The notes under the pieces: model-generated
Seen by the model: only the letters and a program-made list of their open reading frames with translations
Databases searched by the model: none
What the model was told of the DNA's origin: nothing
NCBI RefSeq assembly: GCF_006345805.1
Contig: NC_043007.1
Coordinates: 30,938,001 to 31,002,000, forward strand
DNA: 64,000 nucleotides
Source of the DNA: Octopus sinensis
Lineage: Eukaryota
Reading direction: 5' to 3'
Shown here: positions 12,951-24,567 of the stretch, piece after piece
Position numbering within the stretch: the first letter of the stretch is position 1
Layout of the letters: each line of letters begins with the position of its first letter
Made by a program: the position numbers and the translations under genes

Positions 12951-13269
12951 TCTCACTCATGTGGTACACACACACGCACTCAACAGGTCAGCTGGGAGAA
13001 CCCCAGAACGTACTCAAAAGTGGTGAATGCAGCAACATGTTGCAATGGTGCATGCCCCCCACACCTCACCTCACCTGACCCTTACCTAATAAGACGTAGC
13101 TATATAATCTCCTCTACTGCAAGATAGCTGTTCTGGTCCCATCTATTACAATCCACCCTTTCAATGCTCAGCATAAAGCCACCCTGCTCCTTTTTTCGAT
13201 TCCCAACCAGTTAATTCTCTTGATATTTCTTATCCTTGCTTCTCTACAATGTCCTGTTTTCGCTTCCAG

Positions 13270-13371
13270 GGTATCGATGACCTGCAAACCGAAGCTGATC
13301 GATCAGCGCAAAGATGTATCATAGGATCTCTACAGCATCATTTTCCGAAAGTGACCTTCATAGGAGAAGAG
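13270..13371 (+). CDS. BPNT1: BPNT1 exon 2
   Basis: ttccAG acceptor; GIDDLQTEADRSAQRCIIGSLQHHFPKVTFIGEE with the inositol-monophosphatase-family D..T.AD and GEE motifs; donor GTAACA. Confidence 0.95.
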
Positions 13372-13663
13372 GTAACACATCTTCACTGTTTTATTCTTTC
13401 TTCTTGTATCGCAGGACAACATGGAAGCCAACCAGGCATTAATTAACTGTCATAATTAAATTACTTCCATCTAATTATTTGCACAATGGTAATTGCTTGA
13501 TGCGTAGTGCTGCTTGCATCTTGACATATTCTATCTTGCGTTTATTTGTGTGTGTGTGCACCTATTCTTTTTTTTATTTGTTTATTTGTTTCAGTCAATC
13601 GACTGCAGCCATGTAATAAAAGTCGTCAGAATTTTGGAAAAAAATCTTTTTATTTCTTCATAA

Positions 13664-14140
13664 TAATAATAATGAAATTATTGTATACAGTGCTCAGGTG
13701 CACCACAACTTGTCAGAGTATATGCAGTAATGTACAAATGTCTGGGAAGCGAACAGTGTATGAGTCAGATACATGCTTGTGTGTGTATGGAGGGGAGAAA
13801 ATCAGGGGTAGTGTTGGCGAATCTCAGGAAGCATGGAAGTTTTGAAGGATGCAGTGCTCCGACAACTAACAACTGATGCCGGCAGTTTGTTCCATGCTTC
13901 AGCAACTCTTAGCGTGAAAAAAATGTTTCCGAAAGTCATGGAAGGAGCTGTGCTGTTTTCTGACTTTGTAAACATGTCCATGGGTGTTAGACGGGTGGAG
14001 TTTGAAAAGGTGCTCAGAGTTATTGTTTGTAAGATGGTTAATAACTTTATGGGTGTCTGCCAAGTCAGCTGCCAGACGTTGGAGTTTCAATGTGTCCATG
14101 CCCAGGAAAGTAAGGCGTTCAGAATATGGCAAATGCCTGA
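13664..14140 (-). mobile_element. CR1-like LINE 3' end
   Basis: YSERLTFLGMDTLKLQRLAADL...THGHVYKVRK...RKHFF, then AWNKLP; (ATT)n tail. Confidence 0.8.
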
Positions 14141-14699
14141 TGGAGGGTTATTATTAGCACTTTCTTTCGTTTCTTGAACTTGTCAAATAAAGTTTTGTGA
14201 ATGTACAAACAGCTTGTTCATTTATATAAAACAAATGTTTTTGGGGGGGATTTGTCTAGAAGAAGAGAACATTGTTTTTGGTTTTTTTTTGGGGTGAGGT
14301 TCCATGACAATGGAAATGGTTAGATAGAAATATAGGTAGGTAGATAGGCTGATAGATAAGTCACCATCCTTAAACCCATTCCAGTATGATGGTAAATAAC
14401 TAATAAATGAATGGTGAATAGGAAGGGGGGATCACCCTTCTCTTTCTCTTTACCTATCAACCTACCTATATGTCTATCTCCGTCTCCATTCTCAGTGGAA
14501 CCCCCACCCCCCAAAAAAACAATGTTCTCTTCTTCTAAACAAAAACCCAAAAAAACATCTGTTTTATATAAATGAATCGCTAATAATAATGAAGAAATAA
14601 AAAGATTTTTTTTCCAAAATTCTGACAACTTTTTTTCTCAATGTTCAATATTTGCACACCAGACCGAACACTCTATTCATACATATGTATGTATGCATG

Positions 14700-14885
14700 T
14701 CAAAAGGCTGTGGTTTCAATTCCTGGACTGTACGATTCATTGTGTTCTTGAGCTAAACACTTCATTTCACTTTTCCCCAGTTCACTCTGCTGGCAAAAAT
14801 GAAGAATCCTGCGACGGACCATCATCCTGCCCAGTGCAAAGTATATGAGTATGCACCAGAGAAACTGGGAAACCAGCCCCATGAT
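14700..14885 (+). mobile_element. Family C tRNA-derived SINE, partial
   Basis: ggtttcaattcctggac...tgttcttgagctaaacacttcatttcac. Confidence 0.65.
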
Positions 14886-15245
14886 GCTAGGTCTCGGGAA
14901 GGACCTTTAAGGGAAGCAGAATATATGTTTTGAATGACACAACGATGCACTTATAATACAAACAATGGACTAAACTGTTGTAATTTAACCATCCGTAGCC
15001 TGATATGATATTCCGGAATAAAAATCTCTTCTTCAGATGTCCACAGGAATTGATGGAGTCGCTGCTATAATCAGTTTTCCAATGGCTTTTCTGGGGTTTT
15101 TTTGAAAGCATCTCAGCTGTGGTCTCATGAAGCTCCTTCCAGAATTCCTCATGAGGTCTGCCATGTCTCAATCTCGTATGTGCTGCTACATCCGTAGCGC
15201 TGCTTCTAAGTTATGTGTTATATGTGCAGCTTCCTTCTTTTTGTT

Positions 15246-15553
15246 GTGCCGGTGACACGTAAAAAGCACCATCCAATTATGGCCGTTGCCAGCCTCGTCT
15301 GGCCCCCGTGCCGGTGGCATGTAAAAAGCACCATCTGACCATGGCCGTTTGCCAGCCCCGTCTGGCACCTGTGTGGGTGGCACGTAAAAGGCACCCACTA
15401 CACTCACAGAGTGGTTGGCATTAGGAAGGGCATCCAGCCGTAGAAACATTGCCAGATCAGACTGGGCCTGAAGCAGCCTTCTGGCTTCCCAGACCCCAGT
15501 TGAACCGTCCAACCCATGCTAGCATGGAGAACGGACGCTAAATGATGATGATG
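15246..15553 (+). mobile_element. Family D repeat
   Basis: ggcacgtaaaaagcacc subrepeats, ggcattaggaagggcatccagccgtagaaa, tail ctaaatgatgatgatga. Confidence 0.85.
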
Positions 15554-15606
15554 AAACAATACATGAACATGTTATCAAAATTGAACCGAGACGCGTCCAG
15601 ATGTAT

Positions 15607-15930
15607 CTAAATAATGTATTGCTTACCAACCTCCAGCCTGTTGTTAATTTGGGGCCCTAGTCTGTGTATGAGTATAGCTTCCTTAATTCTTAAATCACCC
15701 AAATTTCTTTCATTGGCCTCAATTGTTTCTGTCATGCTTTTGTCGATGTTCCAGCATCTGTCTAGATGTTTTCTGAAGGAGGAAGCTCTCGTGTTCAGAT
15801 ATTCTTTGATGCGAATGTGTAATGGTCTTGTTGTGCTACCCACATAGAACTCATTGCATTTGTTACATTGTATTCTATACACAACATTTACCCGTTGGCA
15901 TAAATTTGTGTCATGGATATTATTATTCAC
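15607..15930 (-). mobile_element. Penelope-like element relic, GIY-YIG endonuclease domain
   Basis: NVVYRIQCNKCNEFYVGSTTRPLHIRIKEY...LRIKEAILIHRLGPQINNRLE. Confidence 0.85.
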
Positions 15931-16216
15931 AACAAAATAATAGGTAACAAACCAGTAATTCAATGGATATTTTCTATCCCTTAAGGTGGTTATTTTAACC
16001 TCCATTTAAACTTCTATATATGCCCACACACACTCATACTATTCCAAATTTAATATGTTAGCAATTACAACTTTATGCCTATTGCGAGTGTATATATGAA
16101 TGCAGTAATGTACTGTAGTTGATAACAGCTGTTGAAGATCGTAAGCATTGGTAAGAACTACCCCCTACAGCAACACCTCAACCCTTGGATCCAGTTTTCG
16201 CTCTTTGTTCTTCCAG

Positions 16217-16324
16217 GATTTATCTCCTGATAGTAATACCGAAGTATTTCAAGAAGTTGATTTCTGCAAAGATGTACTGGCGTTATCCTGTCCTGAAAAT
16301 CTGAGAAATATTCCAGACAATGAG
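16217..16324 (+). CDS. BPNT1: BPNT1 exon 3
   Basis: ttccAG acceptor; DLSPDSNTEVFQEVDFCKDVLALSCPENLRNIPDNE; donor GTAAAA; phase 0-0, in frame with its neighbours. Confidence 0.88.
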
Positions 16325-16342
16325 GTAAAAAAAATTTCTTTC

Positions 16343-16533
16343 TTGGGTGGGTCATTATGCCAATAAGAAACACATACGCACCAGTTCTATTTCACTTCTT
16401 TATTTTTTTGTCAATTGATTAACCATTCAACTAATTGATTGTTTGATTAACTGATTAGTTAATCAATTGACAAATAAAAGAAATGAAATACAACCATGGC
16501 ATGTGTTTATTACTGGCATAATGACCCTCCCAA
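16343..16533. repeat. Fold-back (inverted repeat) element with arms of about 75 bp
   Basis: ttgggtgggtcattatgcc...tttgtcaattgattaac / gttaatcaattgacaaa...ggcataatgaccctcccaa. Confidence 0.8.
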
Positions 16534-17043
16534 CATACAACAAAACATTTCAAAACAGAAGTTTACATTAAGAATCTTGTAAGCTAAACATAAAAATATT
16601 TCATTCTTTTAAAAATTTGTTTGGTCATTTACCAATTATAGTTTACTGACCGACTCGTCAGCTACAGGTCAGTGTGTTGTATACAGTAAATACATGCAGT
16701 GGCAGCATTCAGACATTGTTACCATCTTTCCAAATGCTGTTGCATTTCACCTGGGATTTTTGGTTCTTCAAAGTCGTCTTCATTTATAAATCAACCTACT
16801 TTTTGTGACTGTCAATTTTGGATTGAAAAATTTGACTTGTGAGTGTTCTGCTGCATCAAACGTCTCTCCCATTTACAGAGCTACACCAAATGTTGCCCTG
16901 GTCGGCCTCACTGCAATTGTACTGTCACACTGGACAAGTGCAGTACTCTCACCTGGTCATGTATATATACAGGTGTAATAAGCTGCAGGGCCTATAGAAA
17001 AGCACTTGTCATTTCTCTGCATTGAATTACCTTGGATCATAGG

Positions 17044-17369
17044 GTGACCTGCTGTGCTTGAGGAGACCTATTGAGTCAAGAACATCAACATCCAAAATAA
17101 AAATCAAATGGAAATTGCAGTTGTGATACCTGTGCTGGTGGCACGTAAAAAGCACCAACCGATCGTGGCCACTGCCAGCCTCCCCTGGCACGTAAAAAAC
17201 ACCCACTACACTCATGGAGTGGTTGGCATTAGGAAGGGCATCTAGCTGTAGAAATACTGCCAGATCAGACTTGAGCCTGGTGCAGCCTTCTGGCTTGCCA
17301 GACCCCGGTCGAACTGTCCAACCCGTGCTAGCATGGAAAATGGACGTTAAACGATGATGATGTTGATGA
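17044..17369 (+). mobile_element. Family D repeat
   Basis: Ends in ggacgttaaacgatgatgatg. Confidence 0.85.
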
Positions 17370-18276
17370 ATTGGTTAGTGTTTTCATCAGCTCAAAATGA
17401 AAGTTAACAGCCATTAATCTTAATAACTATTTCTCGCCCTTTTTAATATCTGGGCCAGATCCCAAACCTGGATTTTTTAATGGAGGCCACTCCAGAAAAA
17501 GTAAACCATAAATCTAAGAAACCTTTTTTTTATAATATTTATAGAGGGAAGACTATCAAGGGCCACATAAGGCCCTGAAAGTGACTGTTAAGAACTGCTG
17601 GTCATACATTGAAGCCTTTCTGTAAAGTTGTGATATAGTTGATATATTCAAGCATCAATCACGCTTGAATGGTGCCTTCAAATTCTGTCGAGGTTGACTT
17701 TGCTTTGCATCCTTTCAGGGTGAATAAAATAAATACCAGTTGAATACTGGGATCGATTTAATAGACTTACCTCCTCCCCAAAATTGCTGGCCTGCTGCCA
17801 AAATTTGAAACCAAATATCGCTGGCCCTTGTGCCAGTGGCATGTAAAAAGCACCCACTACAATCTCGGTTGGTGTTAGGAAGAGCATCCAGCTGTAGAAA
17901 TCTTGCCAGATCAGATTAGTGCCTGGTGCAGCCTGGCTCGCTAGCCCTCAGTCAAACGACATTAGGGCGAGGTGCATGGATTTGTCCCAATATGATAATC
18001 TAATCTATTCTGTTGAACTGGATGCAACAGTTCACTACAGAACAGCAGTTGATGTCCCACTGCACATCACAATTTATGACAGAAGATATTCAGAATCAGA
18101 AGATTCCAGTCAGTTAACTTGACCAGAATATTTGCTGTGTTTATTGGAGCTGACATTTCAGTTTTAATGCCCTGGGCTGGACATTCTGACCTCTTGGAGT
18201 CATATTCTTCCACTACAACTTCACCGAGTTCTCAAAACCAAAACAAGGGTCTACACAGATGTGTAGTGAACTAAAT

Positions 18277-18490
18277 TGGTTTCTATTTTTGGCACAAGGC
18301 CAGCAGTTTTGGGGAAGGGGGCAAGTCAATTAAATCTACCCCAGTACACAACTGGTACTTATTTTCTTGACCCTGAGAGAATGAAAGGCAAAGTTGACTC
18401 TGGTGGAATTCGAACTGAGAATGTGAAATCAGACAAAATGCTGCAGAGCAGTTTTCCCGGCTTGCTAACAGTTCTGCCATCTTGCCACCC
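18277..18490 (-). mobile_element. Family B SINE, monomer
   Basis: ggcacaaggcc tail and gaaaggcaaagttgac core. Confidence 0.7.
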
Positions 18491-18897
18491 TTAATGGATT
18501 AACTAAATTAATCACAATTATGTACTTGACTTTGGGATAAGAGTACCAATGATACACCTGATGAAGGTGTGTCTATGTGGTCAAACTGCATGAAATAGTT
18601 GTCAAATCTCAGTGTATCTTAAAAAAAAGATGTTGTGTAATATGGTCCTAGTTCTTTATACAAAGGGTAAGTATGAAATGGTTACAAGTGACCTAGGGCT
18701 AAATATCTAAATCTCCTGATTATCCCTCAAAGTCTTAATTAACTGCAACCACTCACCAATATTTCTGAGAGTTTATTGCATACACAAGGGGTCACACTGC
18801 ACTGAAATCCTTCTTCACACATCCTTCATTGCATGCACCCATTATTTCCAAGAGGTTTGTTTCAATCATTTTACCAAAACGTATTTCTTTATTTCAG

Positions 18898-18946
18898 ATT
18901 ATAGTCTGGGTTGATCCCCTGGATGGAACCAAAGAGTTTACACAAG
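18898..18946 (+). CDS. BPNT1: BPNT1 exon 4
   Basis: tttcAG acceptor; IIVWVDPLDGTKEFTQ(G) containing the metal-binding DPLDGT motif; donor GTAAAT. Confidence 0.96.
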
Positions 18947-19063
18947 GTAAATTGTTTAACTTCTGGGAGCAAACCATTTTTAGCTGGGGAACAAAACTAG
19001 GATTTTTTAATGGGAGGCCACTTTCAAAAAAAAGGAAACCATAAATATAAGAAACATTTATTA

Positions 19064-19143
19064 TACGAGGGGTCTATGACAAGTTTTGAGCCTGAAGCCT
19101 TGGTTTTTTTGAGGCTCAAGACTTTTCATACACCCCCTTCATA
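19064..19143. mobile_element. Tc1/mariner-type micro-MITE with TA duplication
   Basis: TA-cgaggggtctatgacaagttttgagcct ... aggctcaagacttttcatacacccccttca-TA; empty homologous site near 17520-17550. Confidence 0.7.
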
Positions 19144-19906
19144 TTTATAGAAGACTGTCAAGGGTCACATGAGGCCCTGAGAGTGACCGTTAAGAACTCC
19201 TGGTCTAACTCTTTCATACATCAAAACATTTCTGTAAAGTTTTGATATCATTTAGATTCTTGATTGTGATTAACACACCAATATCATCATCGGTCTTTCC
19301 TATATAGATTTTCTCGTTGGTGAGGGACAAATTTTCCAATTATAAGAACTGAGATACACATGGAATAAGCAAAGTCAAATAGCTACAACAAGGAATTGAA
19401 ACCTTACCGCTGAAATTACCTCTACTCTTTGCTTTTATTCAGTCCCAGATCAGCTCTGATCAAAGACTTTTCCAGCCATGACCCTTCAGTCTTTTTTCCC
19501 TGCTAGCATGGGTTGTACAGGCTGACAGGGTGGAGCAAGGCCAGAGAGCTGTACCAGGCTCCAATCGCCTGCTTTGGCAGGGTTCCTACAGTTGGATGCC
19601 TTCCTAATGCAGAATGGACCAGGTGCCTTTTATGTGGCACCGGCACCTTCAAGCTCACAAGACAAGGACCCCTCAGCTGATAGGGAGTGGAACCAAGAGA
19701 TTAGAGCATGACAGTAAAGACAGTGGGGTTGAGGGAAATATGGCTGTTATTTCTAGGAAGTTGGGTGATCACTGAAGGCCCTTTTCTTGGCTTGGCTCAG
19801 ACTGACATTTTTCTGTGTGTTCCAAATGACCTCATCACGCCTGAATTGTTTGGCAAGATATGAAATGGTGACAAACATTATATATAATTTCTATTGTTTT
19901 GCTTAG

Positions 19907-20050
19907 GTTTATTGGACCATGTCACAGTTCTGATAGGAATCTCGGTAAATGGCAGTGCCGTTGCTGGTGTGGTTTACCAACCCTACTACAACTACCAGTC
20001 CAAGATATCATCAGAGATGGGAAGATGTGTCTATGGGGTCGTCGGCATTG
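19907..20050 (+). CDS. BPNT1: BPNT1 exon 5
   Basis: cttAG acceptor; (G)LLDHVTVLIGISVNGSAVAGVVYQPYYNYQSKISSEMGRCVYGVVGI(G); donor GTAAGT. Confidence 0.95.
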
Positions 20051-21508
20051 GTAAGTATTGCAACAGCAGAATTGTTATTCTTAGGGCCAGGCATTACCAT
20101 TTGCTTAACGAGCTGAGAACTAAATGGTTTGTGGCACTTTTAGAAACAGCAACGTCTTCAGAGTGAAATTTTGTATGCACAAACTATGCTGAAGCGCATT
20201 GTATGTACATACACACACGCAAGAGTGTAGCAGCTAGAATAAGAATAGCCTGGACAAAGTTCAGGGAGCTCCTACCTCTGCTGGCAACTAAGGGCCATTT
20301 CGTTCAGGATGAAAAGTAGGCTGGATTTCCTTATTCTTTTGAATAAATGAGACATCAATGGAAAATAGACAGTGGAAATAATTCGTGGAATGGTTTGTTC
20401 TTTATAGAACATTAAGTAGTTTAGTAAGATGGAAATCTTTTAATGCCTGTATCCAGGTTGCTTTGAAGGAGATCTACCTTGCTGAATTGTCCTTATAGTA
20501 GCTGCTATTATAGTTTTAAAAAAACTGGACGAAATTGAAAAGCCCTTTTCAATGTTTTTGTGTAGATATGTTTCACGCTTCTACTTCATGGCAACAACTC
20601 TTCGTTATGCAGAAGAGGCAATATCAAATTCAAACTTCTAAGTCTGCAAATATTTCGAAGTGGTTATCTCCCTTGTACTTACTATTCACTGGGGAACCCC
20701 CCCCCCCCCAACATCCCTGAAGAGCTTCTTTATGCAGTGGAATGACTTTTGAGTAATTGTTTAAAACGACACCTTTAATATATCCGATTTTGATTGGAAG
20801 ACTAAGATCCGCCTCCTCTCTCTATATGGCATCCATCCCAGTTTGACTGCAAAACATTTCACATGCATGAAGCCAGCACCTTGCAGATTTTATGTTTTTA
20901 TGGTTATCATGAAATTGACCAAATATGCAGTTATAAAAGTAAGAGACTAATTTGTGTACATAATGAGGAGCTCAGTTTCAAAACTGTTATATCAAAATCA
21001 AAGTACTAAAATGGGAACAGTTTGGAAGAGAACTTTAGAACAATAACCAAACCAACATAGAAGAAGGAAATCGATTCCCAACCATGACCATCCCATCTCG
21101 TTTTACTTTCAGTGTGGCCATTCCACTTTTTTTAAGACAGGGAGTGTAATTTGGAGGAAATTTAGCTGCTGTTTCTAACAAATGGAGAGACCACATTTGA
21201 GGCTGTGTGGAGTTCTTTGCAGAGGTGGACGAAATGTGTGCATGAAAAACCACTGGTCAGATGGCTTCTTTGCAAAATCACAGGCTATTTATAAAGTAAC
21301 AGCTAAGTCATGGCTGTGTGGATGAGCAGCTCATGGGTTCAATCCTACTATGAAGTACTTTGGGCAAATGTTTTGTACTGTAGTAACCCTGGATGGAAAC
21401 TGGGGAAGCTCATCAAGTGTCTGTGTGTCCCCCATCATCATTTGGTAATGTATTGGTTTGTTTAAATCTATAATTTAGCAAAAACGACAAAGCACTACTC
21501 GACTAAAC

Positions 21509-21551
21509 CAGTGGTTCCCACCCTGGGGTCCACAAACTAAATTCAAAATTT

Positions 21552-21585
<34 letters not shown>

Positions 21586-21690
21586 TATATACATACATAC
21601 ACACACACCCACACATATATATATACACAAACAAAGATAAGCATATTAGAAGCGGTCTGTGGAAAACTTAAAAGGGTTGGGAACCACAAA
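21509..21690. mobile_element. hAT-like MITE (CAGTGGTTCCC termini)
   Basis: cagtggttcccaccct ... gggttgggaaccac; a related copy at about 24507-24995 is interrupted by family D. Confidence 0.55.
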
Positions 21691-22129
21691 ACCCTTCTGT
21701 GTCATGCCCCAGCATGGCCACAGTCCAATCACTAAAACAAGATAAACAGTAAATCAGGAACTAAGCATGCCTCCCTCCCTCCCTGCTGGGACCCATGTGT
21801 AGGTAAACTATATACTAGTGTAAGAAAATGGATTCACAATCAGTGTTCATTACATCATCTATTTTATTTCATTAGGGAACTATCACCTTACTTTGCAAAT
21901 GTTGTTTAGGCTCAAGAACAAAGTGCATCTAGGGGCTACATTATGTAAAGGGCAGAAGTTAATGTGTGTGATTTGGCTGCTATCTTTGTAGCTGGTTTGA
22001 GAGACTACATAAAGGGCTCCCCTGAGTTGTGCAAGAAGACCCCAGGTCACTGGTTACAGATTTCAAAATGTTAAGTAAAACAAACTCCATTATTATGCAA
22101 TCTGTTTTATAGTCTCTTTCTTTTGGCAG

Positions 22130-22275
22130 GCACATTTGGTTTGGATTCAAAACCAGCTCCAGCCAATGAAAACATAATTACTACCACCAGGTCACATTCA
22201 GACCCCAAAGTGACAGCAGCTGTAAACGCATGTAACCCAACAGACGTGATTAAAGTAGGTGGCGCGGGCCATAAG
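22130..22275 (+). CDS. BPNT1: BPNT1 exon 6
   Basis: ggcAG acceptor; (G)TFGLDSKPAPANENIITTTRSHSDPKVTAAVNACNPTDVIKVGGAGHK; donor GTAGGC, followed by a 92-nt intron. Confidence 0.95.
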
Positions 22276-22367
22276 GTAGGCAGAAGTACAGATTTGTTGC
22301 GCTAACCCCAACCTCAGCCAAAACCTATCTCCTATAGCAGCTGATTTTGTTTTCTGTATTTTTCCAG

Positions 22368-22625
22368 GTGCTGCTGGTGTGTGAAGGTACGGCACATGCC
22401 TATGTGTTTGCTAGTAAAGGCTGCAAGAAATGGGACACTTGTGGTCCTGAAGCAGTCCTTCGTGCCCTTGGCGGGAACCTCACTGATCTCCATGGTAACC
22501 CAATTCAGTATAAACTCGATGTGCCACGCCCAAACTTATCTGGTGTGGTAGCAACACTTAGCAACCACAGCTGGTACATTAACAAGATCCCTGATGAGGT
22601 TAAGGCAGCCTTTCCAGCAAATTAA
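22368..22625 (+). CDS. BPNT1: BPNT1 exon 7 (terminal)
   Basis: ttccAG acceptor; VLLVCEGTAHAYVFASKGCKKWDTCGPEAVLRALGGNLTDLHGNPIQY...AAFPAN-stop with the family KKWDTC motif. The seven exons total 933 nt (310 aa plus stop). Confidence 0.96.
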   Translation: MLLVCEGTAHAYVFASKGCKKWDTCGPEAVLRALGGNLTDLHGNPIQYKLDVPRPNLSGVVATLSNHSWYINKIPDEVKAAFPAN

Positions 22626-22774
22626 ATTCATAGAAATCACAAGAAAAAAGAAGAAAAAACATTCAATATTTGATACTTTATATAAATATATAAGAATAAG
22701 ATACATTCCATGGGGGACATCATGTGTAAAGCAAACAGGGATGATCAAGTATATTTTAAATGGAGATTTAGGAA

Positions 22775-22780
22775 AATAAA
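22775..22780 (+). terminator. Candidate proximal polyadenylation signal of BPNT1
   Basis: AATAAA 150 nt after the stop; distal alternatives at 24147-24152 and 24328-24333. Confidence 0.4.
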
Positions 22781-23161
22781 TTTTGAAGACTCATTTTTGT
22801 TTCATTAAAATGACGATTACCAACACAGACCACCATTAATTAGACTCACCATATTTTAGTGATTATCTGAATAATCCAGGATTTCTGCTTGCCTTTCTGA
22901 GGTATAACAGTGACTCCTTAAATCTGTGCAGAAAGCTTGATGGCCAGTGCAACACAAAAGAGAAAGCAGCTGAGATGTGATTCGTGCATCATGGTTCAAC
23001 CATGAATTATCTTGTAGCTATGAGATTTGGATAAAGTAAGAATTATATTGTAGGGTTGGTGTAAGAAGCCTGATCTGGTCAGTTTGACAAGAAAACAGGC
23101 AGAATGTTTCGGCCAGTTTAAACAGAACATAACATTGACACATAAAAATACTGCTGTTTCA

Positions 23162-23778
23162 ACACCTACAGAATGCAGGACTGAGGTGACCTGGTTGAGC
23201 CACACAGGTCGACTGACTAGACACCTAAAGAATGCAGGACATCTGAGGTGACCAGGTTGAGCCACACAGGTCGACTGACTAGACACCTACAGAATGCAGG
23301 ACATCTGAGGTGACCAGGTTGAGCCACACAGGTCGACTGACTAGACACCTACAGAATGCAGGACATCTGAGATGACCAGGTTGAGCCACACAGGTCAACT
23401 GACTAGACACCTACAGAATGCAGGACATCTGAGGTGACCAGGTTGAGCCACACAGGTCGACTGACTAGACACCTAAAGAATGCAGGACATCTGAGGTGAC
23501 CAGGTTGAGCCACACAGGTCGACTGACTAGACACCTACAGAATGCAGGACATCTGAGATGACCAGGTTGAGCCACACAGGTCAACTGACTAGACACCTAA
23601 AGAATGCAGGACAACTGAGATGACCAGGTTGAGCCACACAGGTCGACTGACTGGACACCTACAGAATGCAGGACAACTGAGATGACCAGGTTGAGCCACA
23701 CAGGTCAACTGACTAGACACCTAAAGAATGCAGGACATCTGAGATGACCAGGTTGAGCCACACAGGTCGACTGACTAG
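23162..23778. repeat. 62-bp minisatellite, 10 units
   Basis: Unit ACACCTACAGAATGCAGGACATCTGAGGTGACCAGGTTGAGCCACACAGGTCGACTGACTAG; one 59-bp unit plus nine 62-bp units. Confidence 0.97.
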
Positions 23779-24567
23779 ATTCGTTGTGCTGGACAACATT
23801 CTGGTTTCTCTCGACAAGACAAAAAGGTTTTAGGTTGCGAAAAAGAAAAGGCGAGTAGTAATACACAAGATTTTCTCGCAAGAGCAGCAAACCACAGATT
23901 CTGCTCAACGAAAGTTTAGCCCTGGGTCTTGGTACCCATGAGCAATGTTTTAAATCAAACTGCAGGTAAACTAATTACACATTGTATGGCAGGATTTTCA
24001 AACTTCTGTGCAACTAATCCAGAATTTGTCTGTTTGTCAAAGTGAAGCAAACATACAAAAACTGTAGCTTCACTGTAAACAGTAAAAAAAATTTCAAAGG
24101 GGAAACATACAGGGTTAGGGGTAAAGAAAAAAAAAATACAAATAATAATAAAGAGAAGAAACTTTACATTTGAAACGTTATTACTTTGTTAGAAAACAGC
24201 AAAACAGGATGGTAATGATGATGGTACTTAGTAGATTTTGGTAAGTAACCATACAACAGAAGCTAGAAACATTTGAAAATATCACAGATTTCTTTATTTG
24301 TGTCTGAAAAGCCTGAAAAAGAAAAATAATAAAATATTACACGGTGCAAGACCACAGACATGTTAAAGAGAAGAAAAATTCAAATAAAATATTTATATAT
24401 AAGTTCTGGAGAATTGGAATTCAGATAGAAAAGGATGGAAGTATATATTGCAAAGCATTTCATCTGCTGTTCTATAATGGAAATGGAAGAGTGATTAGAG
24501 GGACTCAGGGGTTCCCAACCCAGGGTCCGGGAAGTCAATTCAAAATCTCATGTCAGATAAATTGGGA

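Noticed and set aside
14887-15171. 94-aa minus ORF (EEFWKELHETTAEML...CGHLKKRFLF)
   Set aside because: It looks protein-like, but I recognise no family and see no convincing splice sites.
15570-15606. gacgcgtc palindrome downstream of the GIY-YIG relic as a hammerhead stem III
   Set aside because: The CUGANGA core and GAAA are absent; there is too little to call.
18553-18605. acacCTGATGAagg...GAAA as another hammerhead
   Set aside because: No stem II pairing and stem I fails after two pairs; at best a very old family E remnant.
1263-22625. RBKS next to BPNT1 as a functional metabolic cluster
   Set aside because: Adjacency of two housekeeping genes with separate promoter and polyA signals; no evidence of co-regulation in the sequence.
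23162-23778. Regular array as a possible CRISPR
   Set aside because: Units are contiguous with no unique spacers, there are no cas genes, and the context is eukaryotic; it is a minisatellite.
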